A stretch of 64,000 nucleotides of DNA, taken from NCBI GenBank assembly GCA_016935665.1, contig JAFGQN010000203.1, forward strand, positions 49,237-113,236, in the 5' to 3' direction. Made by a program: the position numbers and the translations under genes. Source of the stretch: Deltaproteobacteria bacterium (lineage in GTDB: Bacteria > Myxococcota_A > Polyangia > JAAYKL01). Positions 19,259-29,947 of the stretch are shown one piece after another. The notes beneath the pieces were generated by a model that was given only the letters and a program-made list of their open reading frames with translations, was not told the DNA's origin and searched no databases. How positions within the stretch are numbered: position 1 is the stretch's first letter; each line of letters opens with the position of its first letter.

Positions 19259-22200
19259 TTAGCGGATTAGTGCGGATTCGCTGTTCATGCGTTCTGTAAT
19301 CAGCACAAACTTCTGAAAGTCGGTATAGTGTTCTGGTGCAATTCGCTGGATGTTAAGGTGTGTTTTCCGTTCGATACGCACACGGTGATTTTCTGTTTCA
19401 GTTTCATAGCGGATGCAATATTCGGCACGCCCGCTGGCGTCCGACACGCATTGGGATTGCGGAAGCTGTGAAACCGCAAGGGTTTGAGGTAATTCAATAT
19501 CAACAACATAAGTGGATTTCATATAAGTGGCCAATACCAGTGGCATCGCGCGTTTTGCCAGACCGCCTGTCAACTGCGTGAAATCGGTTTTGAGTGGAAT
19601 AAACAAGTGGCTGCCGTTTGCTGTCTGCTGCAGCATTCCCTCCAATCGGATGTGGTACACCACAGTGAGAGGCACATCGCCATCGTGGATATTTCGAAGT
19701 GAAAAATCCTGCAGTACCGCTTCGGGAAACTTCGATGCCAGCAGATGTTCTTCTACAATTCGACGGTGCTCAGATTTTGAACCTTTAAACAGCGACCGCA
19801 ACAACGATGCCATTTCGCCAGTAATGGATTCTGTTACGGTGCCTGTGCCGCTACCATTGTCGTCGAGCGCAATAGTGGCGTCTATTACTGTTTCATCCAG
19901 AGGGATTCGTCCGGAATTTGTTTTTGCTATCTCACATGTATCTGGCAGCAACACGGATTGATGCTTCAGTTCTGCTGGCAATGTTCCCATTAAGGTCTCG
20001 TCGGCATCCATATGAACCCACGTGCCATCCGGCAGCAAAATCAACGGACTGCTATAGCGATTCATGTCCGGAATAGCGGAACGGGTGTGGTCACCCCACG
20101 CATGAGTGGCCAGTCCCAACCTGGCGTTGATACCCACTGCATTTAACATTGTTTGGAACAGACGCGCCCGGTTGCCCCGTCGACGACTGTAAATGTGTGT
20201 AACAGGCTCAAAGAGCATTGAGTCGTTTTCGATGTTTCGAATAATCCAGGTGTATATCCGATCGGCCTTTTTCGAATCGGGTGCATTTGACTCACCCTTC
20301 AGCGCAATTTTTGTGGCGAACTGTTTCAACTTTGGACTCTGCTGTGATTTACCGTGCAACAGTGTTGTATACCACTCACAGAGTGCTCTGTTGTTCGCCG
20401 CCGCCGTCACGCGAACAGACGGTAGGAATTCGAGGGCATCCGGTGTGTCCGGCTCGCTTTGCAGCGGTTCGATATTGCGGCGTCTAAAGGTGACCACCTG
20501 AATATTATCTGTCAGGCGCGTATTTGGTTCGGGCGCATCTCCCCGTGGGTCAAACTGCAGCGGCATTTCCCTCGGCGCAACAACAATCAGTTCCGAGCGT
20601 ACAAAAGTACTGTTGAAATCCTGAAAAAAGAACGGCTCGGAGTCAAAACCTCCCTTGAATACGTCATGTGGCGGCAGATAGCTGATGCCTTCATATTCCA
20701 CGTAATCGCCAATGGCCAGTCTGGGCATCGACAATGTGGATTTGTTATCGATGGGAGATGGATACAGCACACTTAAATCCGGTTTGATAACTCTGGCCTG
20801 AAGAATTTCGGCTCCTGGAGGAACAGGGAGTTCGCCATACTCGCTGACGGCATCCATGGAGTTGATGCGCCCCACCCAGTGCACCAAACGCATCCCGGCG
20901 CCAAACTTATCGATTATAAGCACCATTCTATCCAGCACCCACGAAAAGTCTCTATCGCTGGTGGAATTTCCTGCCTGATAATCCGCAACCACTTTCAAAC
21001 CATCCACACGATAGGAATTTATCGACATGCCTCCAGCCACTTCGTCACAAGCATACTGCAAATCAGGTCGAAGGGGCATGGCAGCCTGACTGCGACAGAT
21101 CTCCATGGCCTTCTTCGTCTGTGATGTGGCGTGGTATGCGTCAATCAAATACAGTTTGGGCGCCATGGCCAACGGAAATCTTTTATTCGCGGCATTCAAC
21201 TGGGAAATGGCATCTGTTTCTTTGCCCGCGTGTAACAGCGCCATGGCCGTGTCTATTGCGGCTTCGGGAGAAAACGGCGTCTGCTGCGAAATATGCGCCA
21301 GTTCTCCTGCGGCGGCATCAAACTTTAAACGTCTTGAAAATTCAGTAGCCAGGGCGGTGTTGGATAGCGTGCACTTTGTAATTTGTTGCGCCGTTTCCAT
21401 TGCATCATCAAATCGATTTTCCTCAACTGAAAACGCATAGTCCCACATCAGGATGGGGCAGGCATTGTCGCCAAGAATGGTCTTTGCCCCCATAAGATAT
21501 TCCTGTGCAAATGGCATCCATCTTTTTTCATACGCCAACTCCGCAGCGGTCAGATAAAGCGTTGGCTCCTTTGGCGCGGCCTTAATGGATTCATTTACAA
21601 TATCAAATGCGTCCTGCGTGCGCTCATTGCGGTTCGCTGCCTGCGCCAGAAAACGCGCCGCCCTGTACAGACGCGAATCCCTTTGAAACGCGTGTTCATA
21701 TTGCTGCCGCGCCGTTTCCATGCCCGTTTCGATTGCATTGTACGGAGACGTCAGGGCCGCTTCCGCTTTTAAAAGCGCTTGAAAAGGAGCGTTGTCGTTC
21801 AGCTTTGACACCTCCGCCTGCCACTGGTGGGGCGCCACATTCCACAGGTTGTATCGCAATTGGGCCAATCGAGCCGATTCCGAAAGCGGAGCGGGAAAAC
21901 GAATCCCAGTTAATTTCGTCGGTATTGGGGCAGTGGTGAGCGGGAATGATTCGGAGTCATGCAACAGGACCGATTGGTGCATGGTGATCGCCGCCAGGGA
22001 AAATGACGGAGTGTACTCGGTGGCAAATGCCGAAACACTTATCTGGTGACTCCCCGGCGGCAGTGTCGCCGAAAGCCATCTGCTTTCAGGGAGCCATCGT
22101 TCCTGAGAGGTCTGGATGTATGCTGCTTCTCCATCGATATAAATAGTGGCATCGGAATTGCTCTGAAAACGAAACCATACCGTTTGAGGTGTTGAAAGAT

Positions 22201-22930
22201 GGATAGCGGTGCGGGCGACAACATATCCGGTGTTGTCGTCTGGCAGGGGTTGCGACGTAATTTGACACACATCAAACGTGCGATTCTCCACGGGGATCAA
22301 CGGGCGGCCGGCGCCAGCGGACAGCTGCCCTGGCCATATGGGCGATTCAATCAGTTTCGCAAGAGAACGTCTGCCCGTTATGTCTGTTGATAGAGGACCA
22401 GTCAGTTGCCATCGTAAAAGACAGCCCGTATTCTCAAGCAGTTTGAGCGCATCGTCATGTCCCCGTTTCTGTGCAAAGGAAAACTGAAGAATGCGTAATT
22501 GAAACAAGGCTTCAGGCGACAGTGTACCCGGTGCTGCGGACCATTCTTTCAGATGCGGCGAAATGCGTTGCTCAAAATTTTGCACGCGGTGCCGCAACTG
22601 AACCAGCGCAATCGCCGCTGCGGTCCCTTCCCAGAATAGATTCGGCGCTGTACGCGCGACCGAAACGGTGCGTAGATATTTTTCAAACGCTTCCTCGGGA
22701 GTTCCTGTTTCATCCAGAATATATGCCAATATGTAGTTCGCCTCAGGCGTATTGCGTTGACGCAGTTGGTTTTCCAGGGAGGCAATATCGCTTTCTTTGA
22801 AAAAAAGCGACTTTGCCGGCGCTTGCCCACCGCTCCAATTTTGTGAATGAACCGTTTGGGCGGGGATAGAAGCGCAGGATGAAATAAAAAGATACAGCAG
22901 TATGATAACAGCGTTCAACGAGCGAAACAT
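19259..22930 (-). CDS. Large secreted TPR/repeat protein with a degenerate transglutaminase-like domain (Cys and His lost)
   Basis: 1,223 aa. Signal peptide MFRSLNAVIILLYLFISSCAS. The segment aligned to the paralogue's catalytic core reads RRGNRARLFQTMLNAVGINARLGLA and ...SSPLILLPDGTWVHMDAD. The start ATG overlaps the upstream gene's TAA by 1 nt. Confidence 0.6.
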   Translation of the reverse strand: MFRSLNAVIILLYLFISSCASIPAQTVHSQNWSGGQAPAKSLFFKESDIASLENQLRQRNTPEANYILAYILDETGTPEEAFEKYLRTVSVARTAPNLFWEGTAAAIALVQLRHRVQNFEQRISPHLKEWSAAPGTLSPEALFQLRILQFSFAQKRGHDDALKLLENTGCLLRWQLTGPLSTDITGRRSLAKLIESPIWPGQLSAGAGRPLIPVENRTFDVCQITSQPLPDDNTGYVVARTAIHLSTPQTVWFRFQSNSDATIYIDGEAAYIQTSQERWLPESRWLSATLPPGSHQISVSAFATEYTPSFSLAAITMHQSVLLHDSESFPLTTAPIPTKLTGIRFPAPLSESARLAQLRYNLWNVAPHQWQAEVSKLNDNAPFQALLKAEAALTSPYNAIETGMETARQQYEHAFQRDSRLYRAARFLAQAANRNERTQDAFDIVNESIKAAPKEPTLYLTAAELAYEKRWMPFAQEYLMGAKTILGDNACPILMWDYAFSVEENRFDDAMETAQQITKCTLSNTALATEFSRRLKFDAAAGELAHISQQTPFSPEAAIDTAMALLHAGKETDAISQLNAANKRFPLAMAPKLYLIDAYHATSQTKKAMEICRSQAAMPLRPDLQYACDEVAGGMSINSYRVDGLKVVADYQAGNSTSDRDFSWVLDRMVLIIDKFGAGMRLVHWVGRINSMDAVSEYGELPVPPGAEILQARVIKPDLSVLYPSPIDNKSTLSMPRLAIGDYVEYEGISYLPPHDVFKGGFDSEPFFFQDFNSTFVRSELIVVAPREMPLQFDPRGDAPEPNTRLTDNIQVVTFRRRNIEPLQSEPDTPDALEFLPSVRVTAAANNRALCEWYTTLLHGKSQQSPKLKQFATKIALKGESNAPDSKKADRIYTWIIRNIENDSMLFEPVTHIYSRRRGNRARLFQTMLNAVGINARLGLATHAWGDHTRSAIPDMNRYSSPLILLPDGTWVHMDADETLMGTLPAELKHQSVLLPDTCEIAKTNSGRIPLDETVIDATIALDDNGSGTGTVTESITGEMASLLRSLFKGSKSEHRRIVEEHLLASKFPEAVLQDFSLRNIHDGDVPLTVVYHIRLEGMLQQTANGSHLFIPLKTDFTQLTGGLAKRAMPLVLATYMKSTYVVDIELPQTLAVSQLPQSQCVSDASGRAEYCIRYETETENHRVRIERKTHLNIQRIAPEHYTDFQKFVLITERMNSESALIR

Positions 22931-25900
22931 TATTTTGCTTCTCCTTTGCGATGGAGCGTAATTCGCGCGCGCTCCGCCGCGTCCACCGCCAGTACAAACC
23001 GCAGGAAATCGCCATATTCAGACACCTCCACCACCTGCTTTGTCAAACTGAATGTGCGTGTCACCGTCAGTCCTCCCGCTGTTTTTCGAATGCGTCGCTC
23101 ATACGCGCCAAAGTCGGAGACAATGCGGGCATCGTTGACAGGTGTTTCGGCGTTGTACTGATGTGGAACAAGATACCGAATGGTCAGCTCCGTTGTGCGG
23201 GCGGGGCCCACCTGTAGCGGGTGACGTCGTTTTTGCAACGGAGCAAATTTGGGCTTTAGTTTCATGGGAGGCATTACTTCAAATGACAGGGTCCCAAAAT
23301 TTTGTTTCGCCAACTGCGGTATCCGGGCAAAAAAGGCAATCTGAGGGGTTTTTTCCAGGTCTTTCAAATTTAAAAAGTCAGACGATTCCATTTGAATGGC
23401 GGGATATCGTTCGGAAAACCGTTCTTCAAGAATCTGCTTATCGCTGGCGGTTGCGAACGTGGTGCGCAGCCATGGTGCAAAAGGCGCCCCGGATGCGCTC
23501 ATCGTTCCGTTTATGGTTGCGCTGCCATCCGATGCAATGGTTATCGTCTCTGTTTCAATAAACGTGGATGCAGCGCTGTCACGGACAGTCGTATTTCGCA
23601 ATTTTACAGGTGAAACACCAATCACCAGCGCCTCTATCCCCTGGTCTTCGAAGGGCATGTCGTTTACCCCATGAAATGTGGCTGTCCCATCCAGCCATAA
23701 ATCGTATTTGGGTACGTATGCAATGGCGTGATTGAACAGTGAGAGGGAAGGGTGCTGCATGCGTATCTGACCAGCGGACCGGGTACGCACAAGCGCTACA
23801 TGGGCCTGTATACCGGCTTCGTTCAACATGGCTACCAGAAGAGTGGCGGTGTCTTTGCAATCGCCAAAGCCGCGGGCACGCACCTGAGAGGTACTGTATG
23901 GTTTGTAGCCATGAATACCAAATTCCAGACCCACGTATCGGATGTTGGTAGTTACCCAGCTGTAAACGGCTGCAATTTTATCCCGGTCGTTTCGACGATT
24001 TCTAATCAATTTCTGAACCAGCGATTTCAGCGATGTGTCCCCTTTGAGCTGGGGACGAATCAGTTCCGCGTACCACGATTCCATTTGGGACCAATCCTGC
24101 CAGGAGGTGGCGTGGACGTATTCCACCAGCGACATAGCGCCGGGGACATCCGGCTCGTCGGGGATGGCAGGGAGATTTTGTGCTGTAAATACAGTTATAT
24201 CCATATCATCCGCCTTTGTGTCAACTCTACGGACGGGGGTGGACAGTTCAAAGTATACTGGAAACGTTTTGGGGCGTATGAGGGCAAACTGGAACAGCGC
24301 CACCGGGATATCGCTGTTGATCGGGATAATGGTGCCAAAGTAGTTTCCAAACATATTCTCCTGGCCAATATCATCAACGCGAAATTGAAATTCCACCACA
24401 TCTCCCACGGCCGGTCTGGGCAATTCCACCACTTCCGCCTCAATGTCGTAATAGAGCCGATACCAGGGTTCTGACACCGGGAAGGTGGCGCGTCCTGTGG
24501 CCTGTTCGATGGTGCCATCGGTTTTGAACAACCGGGCCTTAAGCAGCTGAATCGTCTGAGTGGAGGAAAATTGCTCGCTGTACTGCTGCCATTGTCTGGC
24601 GCCATCGTCGGTGGCGATATAAGCAACCACCTGCGTGACGGTGGACGACAGACCGTTTTCGTGGACCTGAATGACGGTGTTGTTTACCAGGAGACAGTCC
24701 TCCTGCCGGTTTTCACAGAAGTGGCCTTTTTTTGTAAATGTTTGTGGGGAAATAAGCCAGGGCGTCGCCAGCGTGTCCTCCGGTTGCAGGAATGACAGAT
24801 ATGCACGCAATTGGGTATCCTGCGGGGATTGCCGCAAACTGCCGGTCAGATATGTAAGCGCGCGATCTTTGTCTCTGTGGATATAAAACTCTCCGGCAAA
24901 CTTTCGGTATTCACTAACCCCCGGCGCTTTTGCATGCAGGTCATCGAGGAGGGCAATCAGTGGTTTGGTGAGAGAAGCGCCGTCCATCAGTTTCGCCAGT
25001 TCGAGAACCGTTTCAATGGGGGGCGCGCCAATGAGCTGCCAGGATTTCAATGTTTGCTGTACGGATTTGTCAATGCCATCCACCGACAAACGCAGTATCT
25101 GCAGATGACGGTCGAAATTCCCAAAATCGCTGTCCAGCGCTTTTTTTAAAATGGTTGTTGTGTGTACATCTGCCGGCATCCCTTCCTGGCTATCGGCCAC
25201 ACAACCGGCGAGCAGCGGGGAGAGGGGACGGCCGATGAGCTGTTTTCTGAGTTGTCGCCCGGTCTCCGGCAGAAATATATTGTAGTAATTGAGTATCGCA
25301 CAAATGACTTCATCGGATGCGTCCGGGCGTTTTGACGCTTCGATAAGATCGAACTGCGCATTGCGATAAAGCGGCGCGGCAGCGTCCAAAATCAGCAGTT
25401 TCGTTTTGGCTTCTGCATTTTCCACATCCTTTTCCAAAACATGCATATATGCCTGGCGCTGCTCATTCACATCCAATGTCAGTTGTGCGGCTGTGAAGCA
25501 GAACTCGAAGGACTTCAATTCCTCACAGGCGCTGAATGCGGCATCCCTTTGAGCGGTGTCTTTTTTTGCGGCGCCGGTCAGATGTGCGTACTTTGCAAAA
25601 TAGCCGTTATGGGCAGGACGCACAGGTCCTTTGGGCGCAGGTTTTAACAGTTGCAGCAGAGACGCCGACTTTGGCGCCGTCGCCACTTCAGTGTGAACGG
25701 GGGGACGAAATTCGGCACGCTCATTAAACGGGAGCACTGGCTGTTCGTTGGAATCGAGAAACCGGGCGTAAAAAGAAAGGGTACCACTCTCATCGCTGCA
25801 GACTTTGACAGTGATGCTTTCTTTGCCCTGTTCCAGCCGCACGGGGATGTGGAATCTGTTTATATCGGCGTCGTCAAATTGGGTATCTTCCAAAACCCGC

Positions 25901-26535
25901 GTATTATTGACGTAGACCCGTGCCTGACCTCCGGCGCCAAACCAAAGATGATAGTTGTCGGTGCGCGGAACGGCCACATGGGTTTGTGCGACAACACATA
26001 TATCTTTTGCTGATGAGAAGAGGGGTTCCATCGTTACTTTTCCAAGACGATGAGAGAGCCAGCTGGATTGGAACAGACATGGCCCTGCGCTTTTGGACGG
26101 TGTGCAATTGGGTGCCGTTGGCAGTGGTGCGGGTGAATCATTGTCGATGATAAACGATTCAGCAAGTCCTGTGCCCGACTCGTTGGGAAATGGACCGGCA
26201 AATTGCCACCGGGTTAAAAATCCCATTTGTTCAATCGCATGGTTGGCGTCTTTGGGGTGGCCAGTCATGAGTTTTAAAGTGGCCAGCAGATGACGGGCCC
26301 GGTGTCTTGCGGCCGGCTGCAAAGCGGGGAGCTGCAGTGCGCTTTCCAGCTCGGCGGTGGCAACCTTTGCTCCAAATGAACCATACTGCTCAAAAATCTG
26401 CAAAACGAGCAAATCGGCAAAACGGGAATTCGGTTTTTGCTTCAACACTGAGAGTGCTCTGGAGTCTGCCAGTGCCGAAGTTGCTGCGAGCAGCGTGCAC
26501 ATGACCCCCAATAAAAACAGTTTACGTATCTTCAT
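22930..26535 (-). CDS. Large secreted protein with an intact transglutaminase-like cysteine-protease core (DUF3857/DUF3858-like architecture)
   Basis: About 1,200 aa. Signal peptide MKIRKLFLLGVMCTLLAATSALA. Core RGFGDCKDTATLLVAMLNEAGIQAHVALV (Cys), FNHAIAYV (His) and LWLDGTA (Asp). Start chosen at the MKIRK ATG; the track uses an upstream TTG at 26571. Confidence 0.7.
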   Translation of the reverse strand: MKIRKLFLLGVMCTLLAATSALADSRALSVLKQKPNSRFADLLVLQIFEQYGSFGAKVATAELESALQLPALQPAARHRARHLLATLKLMTGHPKDANHAIEQMGFLTRWQFAGPFPNESGTGLAESFIIDNDSPAPLPTAPNCTPSKSAGPCLFQSSWLSHRLGKVTMEPLFSSAKDICVVAQTHVAVPRTDNYHLWFGAGGQARVYVNNTRVLEDTQFDDADINRFHIPVRLEQGKESITVKVCSDESGTLSFYARFLDSNEQPVLPFNERAEFRPPVHTEVATAPKSASLLQLLKPAPKGPVRPAHNGYFAKYAHLTGAAKKDTAQRDAAFSACEELKSFEFCFTAAQLTLDVNEQRQAYMHVLEKDVENAEAKTKLLILDAAAPLYRNAQFDLIEASKRPDASDEVICAILNYYNIFLPETGRQLRKQLIGRPLSPLLAGCVADSQEGMPADVHTTTILKKALDSDFGNFDRHLQILRLSVDGIDKSVQQTLKSWQLIGAPPIETVLELAKLMDGASLTKPLIALLDDLHAKAPGVSEYRKFAGEFYIHRDKDRALTYLTGSLRQSPQDTQLRAYLSFLQPEDTLATPWLISPQTFTKKGHFCENRQEDCLLVNNTVIQVHENGLSSTVTQVVAYIATDDGARQWQQYSEQFSSTQTIQLLKARLFKTDGTIEQATGRATFPVSEPWYRLYYDIEAEVVELPRPAVGDVVEFQFRVDDIGQENMFGNYFGTIIPINSDIPVALFQFALIRPKTFPVYFELSTPVRRVDTKADDMDITVFTAQNLPAIPDEPDVPGAMSLVEYVHATSWQDWSQMESWYAELIRPQLKGDTSLKSLVQKLIRNRRNDRDKIAAVYSWVTTNIRYVGLEFGIHGYKPYSTSQVRARGFGDCKDTATLLVAMLNEAGIQAHVALVRTRSAGQIRMQHPSLSLFNHAIAYVPKYDLWLDGTATFHGVNDMPFEDQGIEALVIGVSPVKLRNTTVRDSAASTFIETETITIASDGSATINGTMSASGAPFAPWLRTTFATASDKQILEERFSERYPAIQMESSDFLNLKDLEKTPQIAFFARIPQLAKQNFGTLSFEVMPPMKLKPKFAPLQKRRHPLQVGPARTTELTIRYLVPHQYNAETPVNDARIVSDFGAYERRIRKTAGGLTVTRTFSLTKQVVEVSEYGDFLRFVLAVDAAERARITLHRKGEAK

Positions 26536-26704
26536 TTGACGTGAGTATAAGAGGCTGCGTTGGAAAAGCAATTTGGATTTAAAATGAATGAATGCGAAGC
26601 CCTGTTTTTCAATTCAATCCTCCGTTATCGTTTGACCTGTGCGCCCAGACCTTGTCTTATGCCGACAATCAACTATGTGGAAAGTTCCCTTAAACAGAGT
26701 GGAT

Positions 26705-27841
26705 TCAGCTCAAGGCGTCTTTTAAATCATCGAGCAAATCCGGAGTATCCTCGATGCCCAGTGAGAGTCGTACATTGGTTTTTTTGATTCCGGCGGCGAT
26801 GCGGGCCTCTTTGGTCATGGATGCGTGGCTCATGAACCAGGGCGCCTCCGCCAGCGATTCGATACCTCCCAGCGATTCGGCCAGAGTGAAATAGTTGAGT
26901 CGGCTGAAAAAAACATTGAGATCCATTGCACCGGGTTTAAAATCAAAACTGACCATTCCCCCAAAACCACTCATTTGCCGTTTGGCCAACGCGTGCCCCG
27001 GATGGGTGGCAAGGCCCGGGTAATAGGTGGTCTCCACTTTATCGTGATTCTGCAGAAACTCCGCCACCGCCGTGGCATTTCGTGTATGCTGCGCCATTCG
27101 AATTCCCAGCGTTTTAACACCGCGCAACACCAGCCATGCATCGAACGGCGCCTCACTGATGCCCAATGCGTTTACATTGAACTGAACCTGTTCGGCCAGC
27201 TCTGTGGTGGAGGATACAATCACGCCTCCCACAACATCGCTGTGTCCGTTGATGTACTTGGTGGTGGAGTGAATGACAATATCAATACCGAGCCGCAGCG
27301 GCTTTTGGTAATACGGCGTCATGAAGGTATTATCCACAACGCTAAGAGCCCCGTGTTTGCGTGCAATGGATGCCACGGCTTCCAAATCCACAATATTCAG
27401 CAGCGGATTGGACGGTGTTTCTATCCACACCATTTTGGTATTGGGGCGCAGGGCGACCTTGAGATTGTGGGGATTTCGCATGTCCACGAAGGTGAATTCG
27501 ATGCCCATGCGGGAAAAGACCGCATCCATTAATCGAAATGTGCCACCGTAAATATCATTTCCGCTAACCACGTGATCACCGGCCTTAAGCAGATGCAGAA
27601 CCCCGGTGACGGCACTCATTCCCGTTGACGTGCATCGGGCATCCACGCCTTCCTCAAGAGTCGCAATGTTCTCTTCCGCAGCCCGGCGCGTTGGATTGCC
27701 GGAGCGGGTATAATCGTATCCGGTGTTGGTGTGAATGTCACTGAATGCAAAATTGGAGGAGGTGTACAGCGGCGTGGTCACCGACCGGTACTGGGAATCC
27801 TTGGCCACCCCTGTGTGTACTGCTTTTGTATTAAACCCCAT
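26705..27841 (-). CDS. PLP-dependent Cys/Met-metabolism enzyme (cystathionine gamma-synthase / beta-lyase / methionine gamma-lyase family)
   Basis: YTRSGNPTRRAAEENIATLEEG and the PLP-Lys region STTKYINGHSDVVGGV. 378 aa. Confidence 0.8.
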   Translation of the reverse strand: MGFNTKAVHTGVAKDSQYRSVTTPLYTSSNFAFSDIHTNTGYDYTRSGNPTRRAAEENIATLEEGVDARCTSTGMSAVTGVLHLLKAGDHVVSGNDIYGGTFRLMDAVFSRMGIEFTFVDMRNPHNLKVALRPNTKMVWIETPSNPLLNIVDLEAVASIARKHGALSVVDNTFMTPYYQKPLRLGIDIVIHSTTKYINGHSDVVGGVIVSSTTELAEQVQFNVNALGISEAPFDAWLVLRGVKTLGIRMAQHTRNATAVAEFLQNHDKVETTYYPGLATHPGHALAKRQMSGFGGMVSFDFKPGAMDLNVFFSRLNYFTLAESLGGIESLAEAPWFMSHASMTKEARIAAGIKKTNVRLSLGIEDTPDLLDDLKDALS

Positions 27842-28040
27842 ATCTATTTCCTTTGTCTGTCAGTCTCTAAAATAAAATTCATGGTCCAAATTAAAGTGGT
27901 AAACTAATTCCAATTTACGGCTGTGTAAACTGAAAACAGACGGTGCAATGAAAATTAACCATTTCGATTTCACGCAGGTATCCGTGTCAACAAACGCTGC
28001 GAACCAACACAATAAAAGGGGAAGTAAATAGAGGAGGAGG

Positions 28041-29777
28041 TTATTCGCTGTCTTTGCTGTCCGCTTTTTCAGCAATTTGACCAATCTGGCTGCTGAGCAA
28101 ATCTCCAAGAGTTGCCTTTTCAGTGGGCTTCCTGGCCATTTTGCGAGCGTATTCCGTCATGTCGCCTTCTTCCTCATTGCCAGTCAAAGACTTGATGGAA
28201 AGACCAATTTTTCTTTCCTGAGGATCGAGGGTAATGATTTCTGCCTTAATGGTTTCACCTTCCTGGATGATGCTTTTGGGATCATCAATGCGCTCATTGC
28301 TGAGTTCGGAAACGTGAATCAGACCTTCGATGCCGGGCTCCAGCTCAACAAATGCGCCAAAGTCCGTAATCTTGATCACTTTTACCTCGCGAACCTGACC
28401 CAGTGGGTAGTCCATGGGAATTCTTTCCCACGGATCTTCGTACAGCTGTTTGATACCCAGACTGACTTTTTCTTCCTCGTGGTCGATGTTGAGGATAACC
28501 GCTTCAACTTCTTCGCCTTTGCGGAAAAGCTCAGACGGGTGATTGATGCGCTGCGTCCATGAGAGGTCGCTTTTGTGAACCATGCCGTCGATGTTGTCAT
28601 CAATGCCGATGAACACACCATAGTCGGTGATGGAGCGGATTTTACCTTTGATGGTGTTGCCTGGCTGATACTGCTCGATGAAGCGCTCCCATGGATGCGG
28701 TTCAAGTTGCTTGAGACCCAGGGAGATGCGCTGTGCGCTGGTGTCCACGTCGAGAATGACGCATTCCACTTCGTCGCCCACTTCCAAAACTTTGGAGGGG
28801 TGCTTCACGCGCTTGGTCCAGCTCATCTCGGAAACATGAATAAGTCCTTCGATGCCCTGTTCCAATTCAACAAATGCGCCGTAATCGGTAACGGAAACAA
28901 CTTTGCCGCTGACCTTGAGGCCGATGGGATAACGGGATACTGCATCTTCCCATGGATCGGGCTGAGTTTGTTTCAGACCAAGAGATACGCGCTCGTTGTC
29001 TTCGTTGTACTTGAGGACGCGCACTTCAATCTTATCACCCACTTTAAGGATTTCAGAGGGGTGACCAATGCGGCCCCAACTCATGTCGGTGATGTGGAGC
29101 AGACCATCGATACCGCCGAGATCCACGAACGCACCGTACTCGGTGATGTTCTTGACGATACCCTCGATGATGGCGCCTTCCTGGAGGTTCTCCAGTGTGT
29201 GCTCTTTCATCTGGTTACGTTCCTGCTCAAGAAGTGCTCTTCTGGAAAGAACGATATTGCCACGCTTCTTGTTGAATTTAATGATTTTGAATCTGTGGGT
29301 CTCGCCTATCAGTTTTTCAAGATTTCTGATTGGGCGCAAATCCACCTGCGAACCAGGAAGGAAGGCTTTCACACCACCAGCAATGGTCACTGAAAGACCG
29401 CCTTTTACGCGTTGGCTAATGGTCCCCTCAATGATGGATTCCTGATCACATGCATCGGAGATGTCGTCCCAAACACGCATCTTGTCTGCCTTCTCTTTCG
29501 AAAGCTCAACCAGTCCGTGTTCGTTTTCAAGCTCGTTCAGATAAACTTCGATCTTCTGACCGAGTTCAACTGATACCCTGCCGTCGGGTGCCGTGAATTG
29601 AGAGATAGGGATTTCTCCCTCGGATTTGTAGCCAATGTCAACGATGACAAAGTCTTTGCTGACTTTGACAACGGTGCCATTGATGATGTTTCCCTCCTCC
29701 AGGGACTTTTCCTGCTCAAAAGATCCTTCGAGCAATTGTTCAAAATCGGTTGCTTGGGCTGTTTTAATATCGTTCAT
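28041..29777 (-). CDS. rpsA: 30S ribosomal protein S1
   Basis: 578 aa with six tandem S1 domains (repeated G-x-V-x-x-[IV]-x-x-[FY]-G-x-F-V motifs). cmk lies immediately upstream, the classic cmk-rpsA arrangement. Confidence 0.9.
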   Translation of the reverse strand: MNDIKTAQATDFEQLLEGSFEQEKSLEEGNIINGTVVKVSKDFVIVDIGYKSEGEIPISQFTAPDGRVSVELGQKIEVYLNELENEHGLVELSKEKADKMRVWDDISDACDQESIIEGTISQRVKGGLSVTIAGGVKAFLPGSQVDLRPIRNLEKLIGETHRFKIIKFNKKRGNIVLSRRALLEQERNQMKEHTLENLQEGAIIEGIVKNITEYGAFVDLGGIDGLLHITDMSWGRIGHPSEILKVGDKIEVRVLKYNEDNERVSLGLKQTQPDPWEDAVSRYPIGLKVSGKVVSVTDYGAFVELEQGIEGLIHVSEMSWTKRVKHPSKVLEVGDEVECVILDVDTSAQRISLGLKQLEPHPWERFIEQYQPGNTIKGKIRSITDYGVFIGIDDNIDGMVHKSDLSWTQRINHPSELFRKGEEVEAVILNIDHEEEKVSLGIKQLYEDPWERIPMDYPLGQVREVKVIKITDFGAFVELEPGIEGLIHVSELSNERIDDPKSIIQEGETIKAEIITLDPQERKIGLSIKSLTGNEEEGDMTEYARKMARKPTEKATLGDLLSSQIGQIAEKADSKDSE

Positions 29778-29947
29778 TCTTTCTGTTGTATTGGCCTCGT
29801 GGCCACACTCCTCTCATCTGTCTGCCGTCGGAAATACCGTGGTTAAAGGTTAAATTTTTTTGAAATGGTCCGGTAAAACCTTCGACTGCGACGCAGGCAC
29901 CTTTATATTCTTTTTGTACGGAAGTCAAAGATTTTCAGTGGAAAATA

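Noticed and set aside
27842-28040. Possible SAM (S-box) riboswitch upstream of the methionine/cysteine PLP enzyme
   Set aside because: The leader lacks the conserved S-box elements (for example the GGC...GCC kink-turn/pseudoknot motifs and AUC/GAG box). It is AT-rich without recognisable riboswitch structure.
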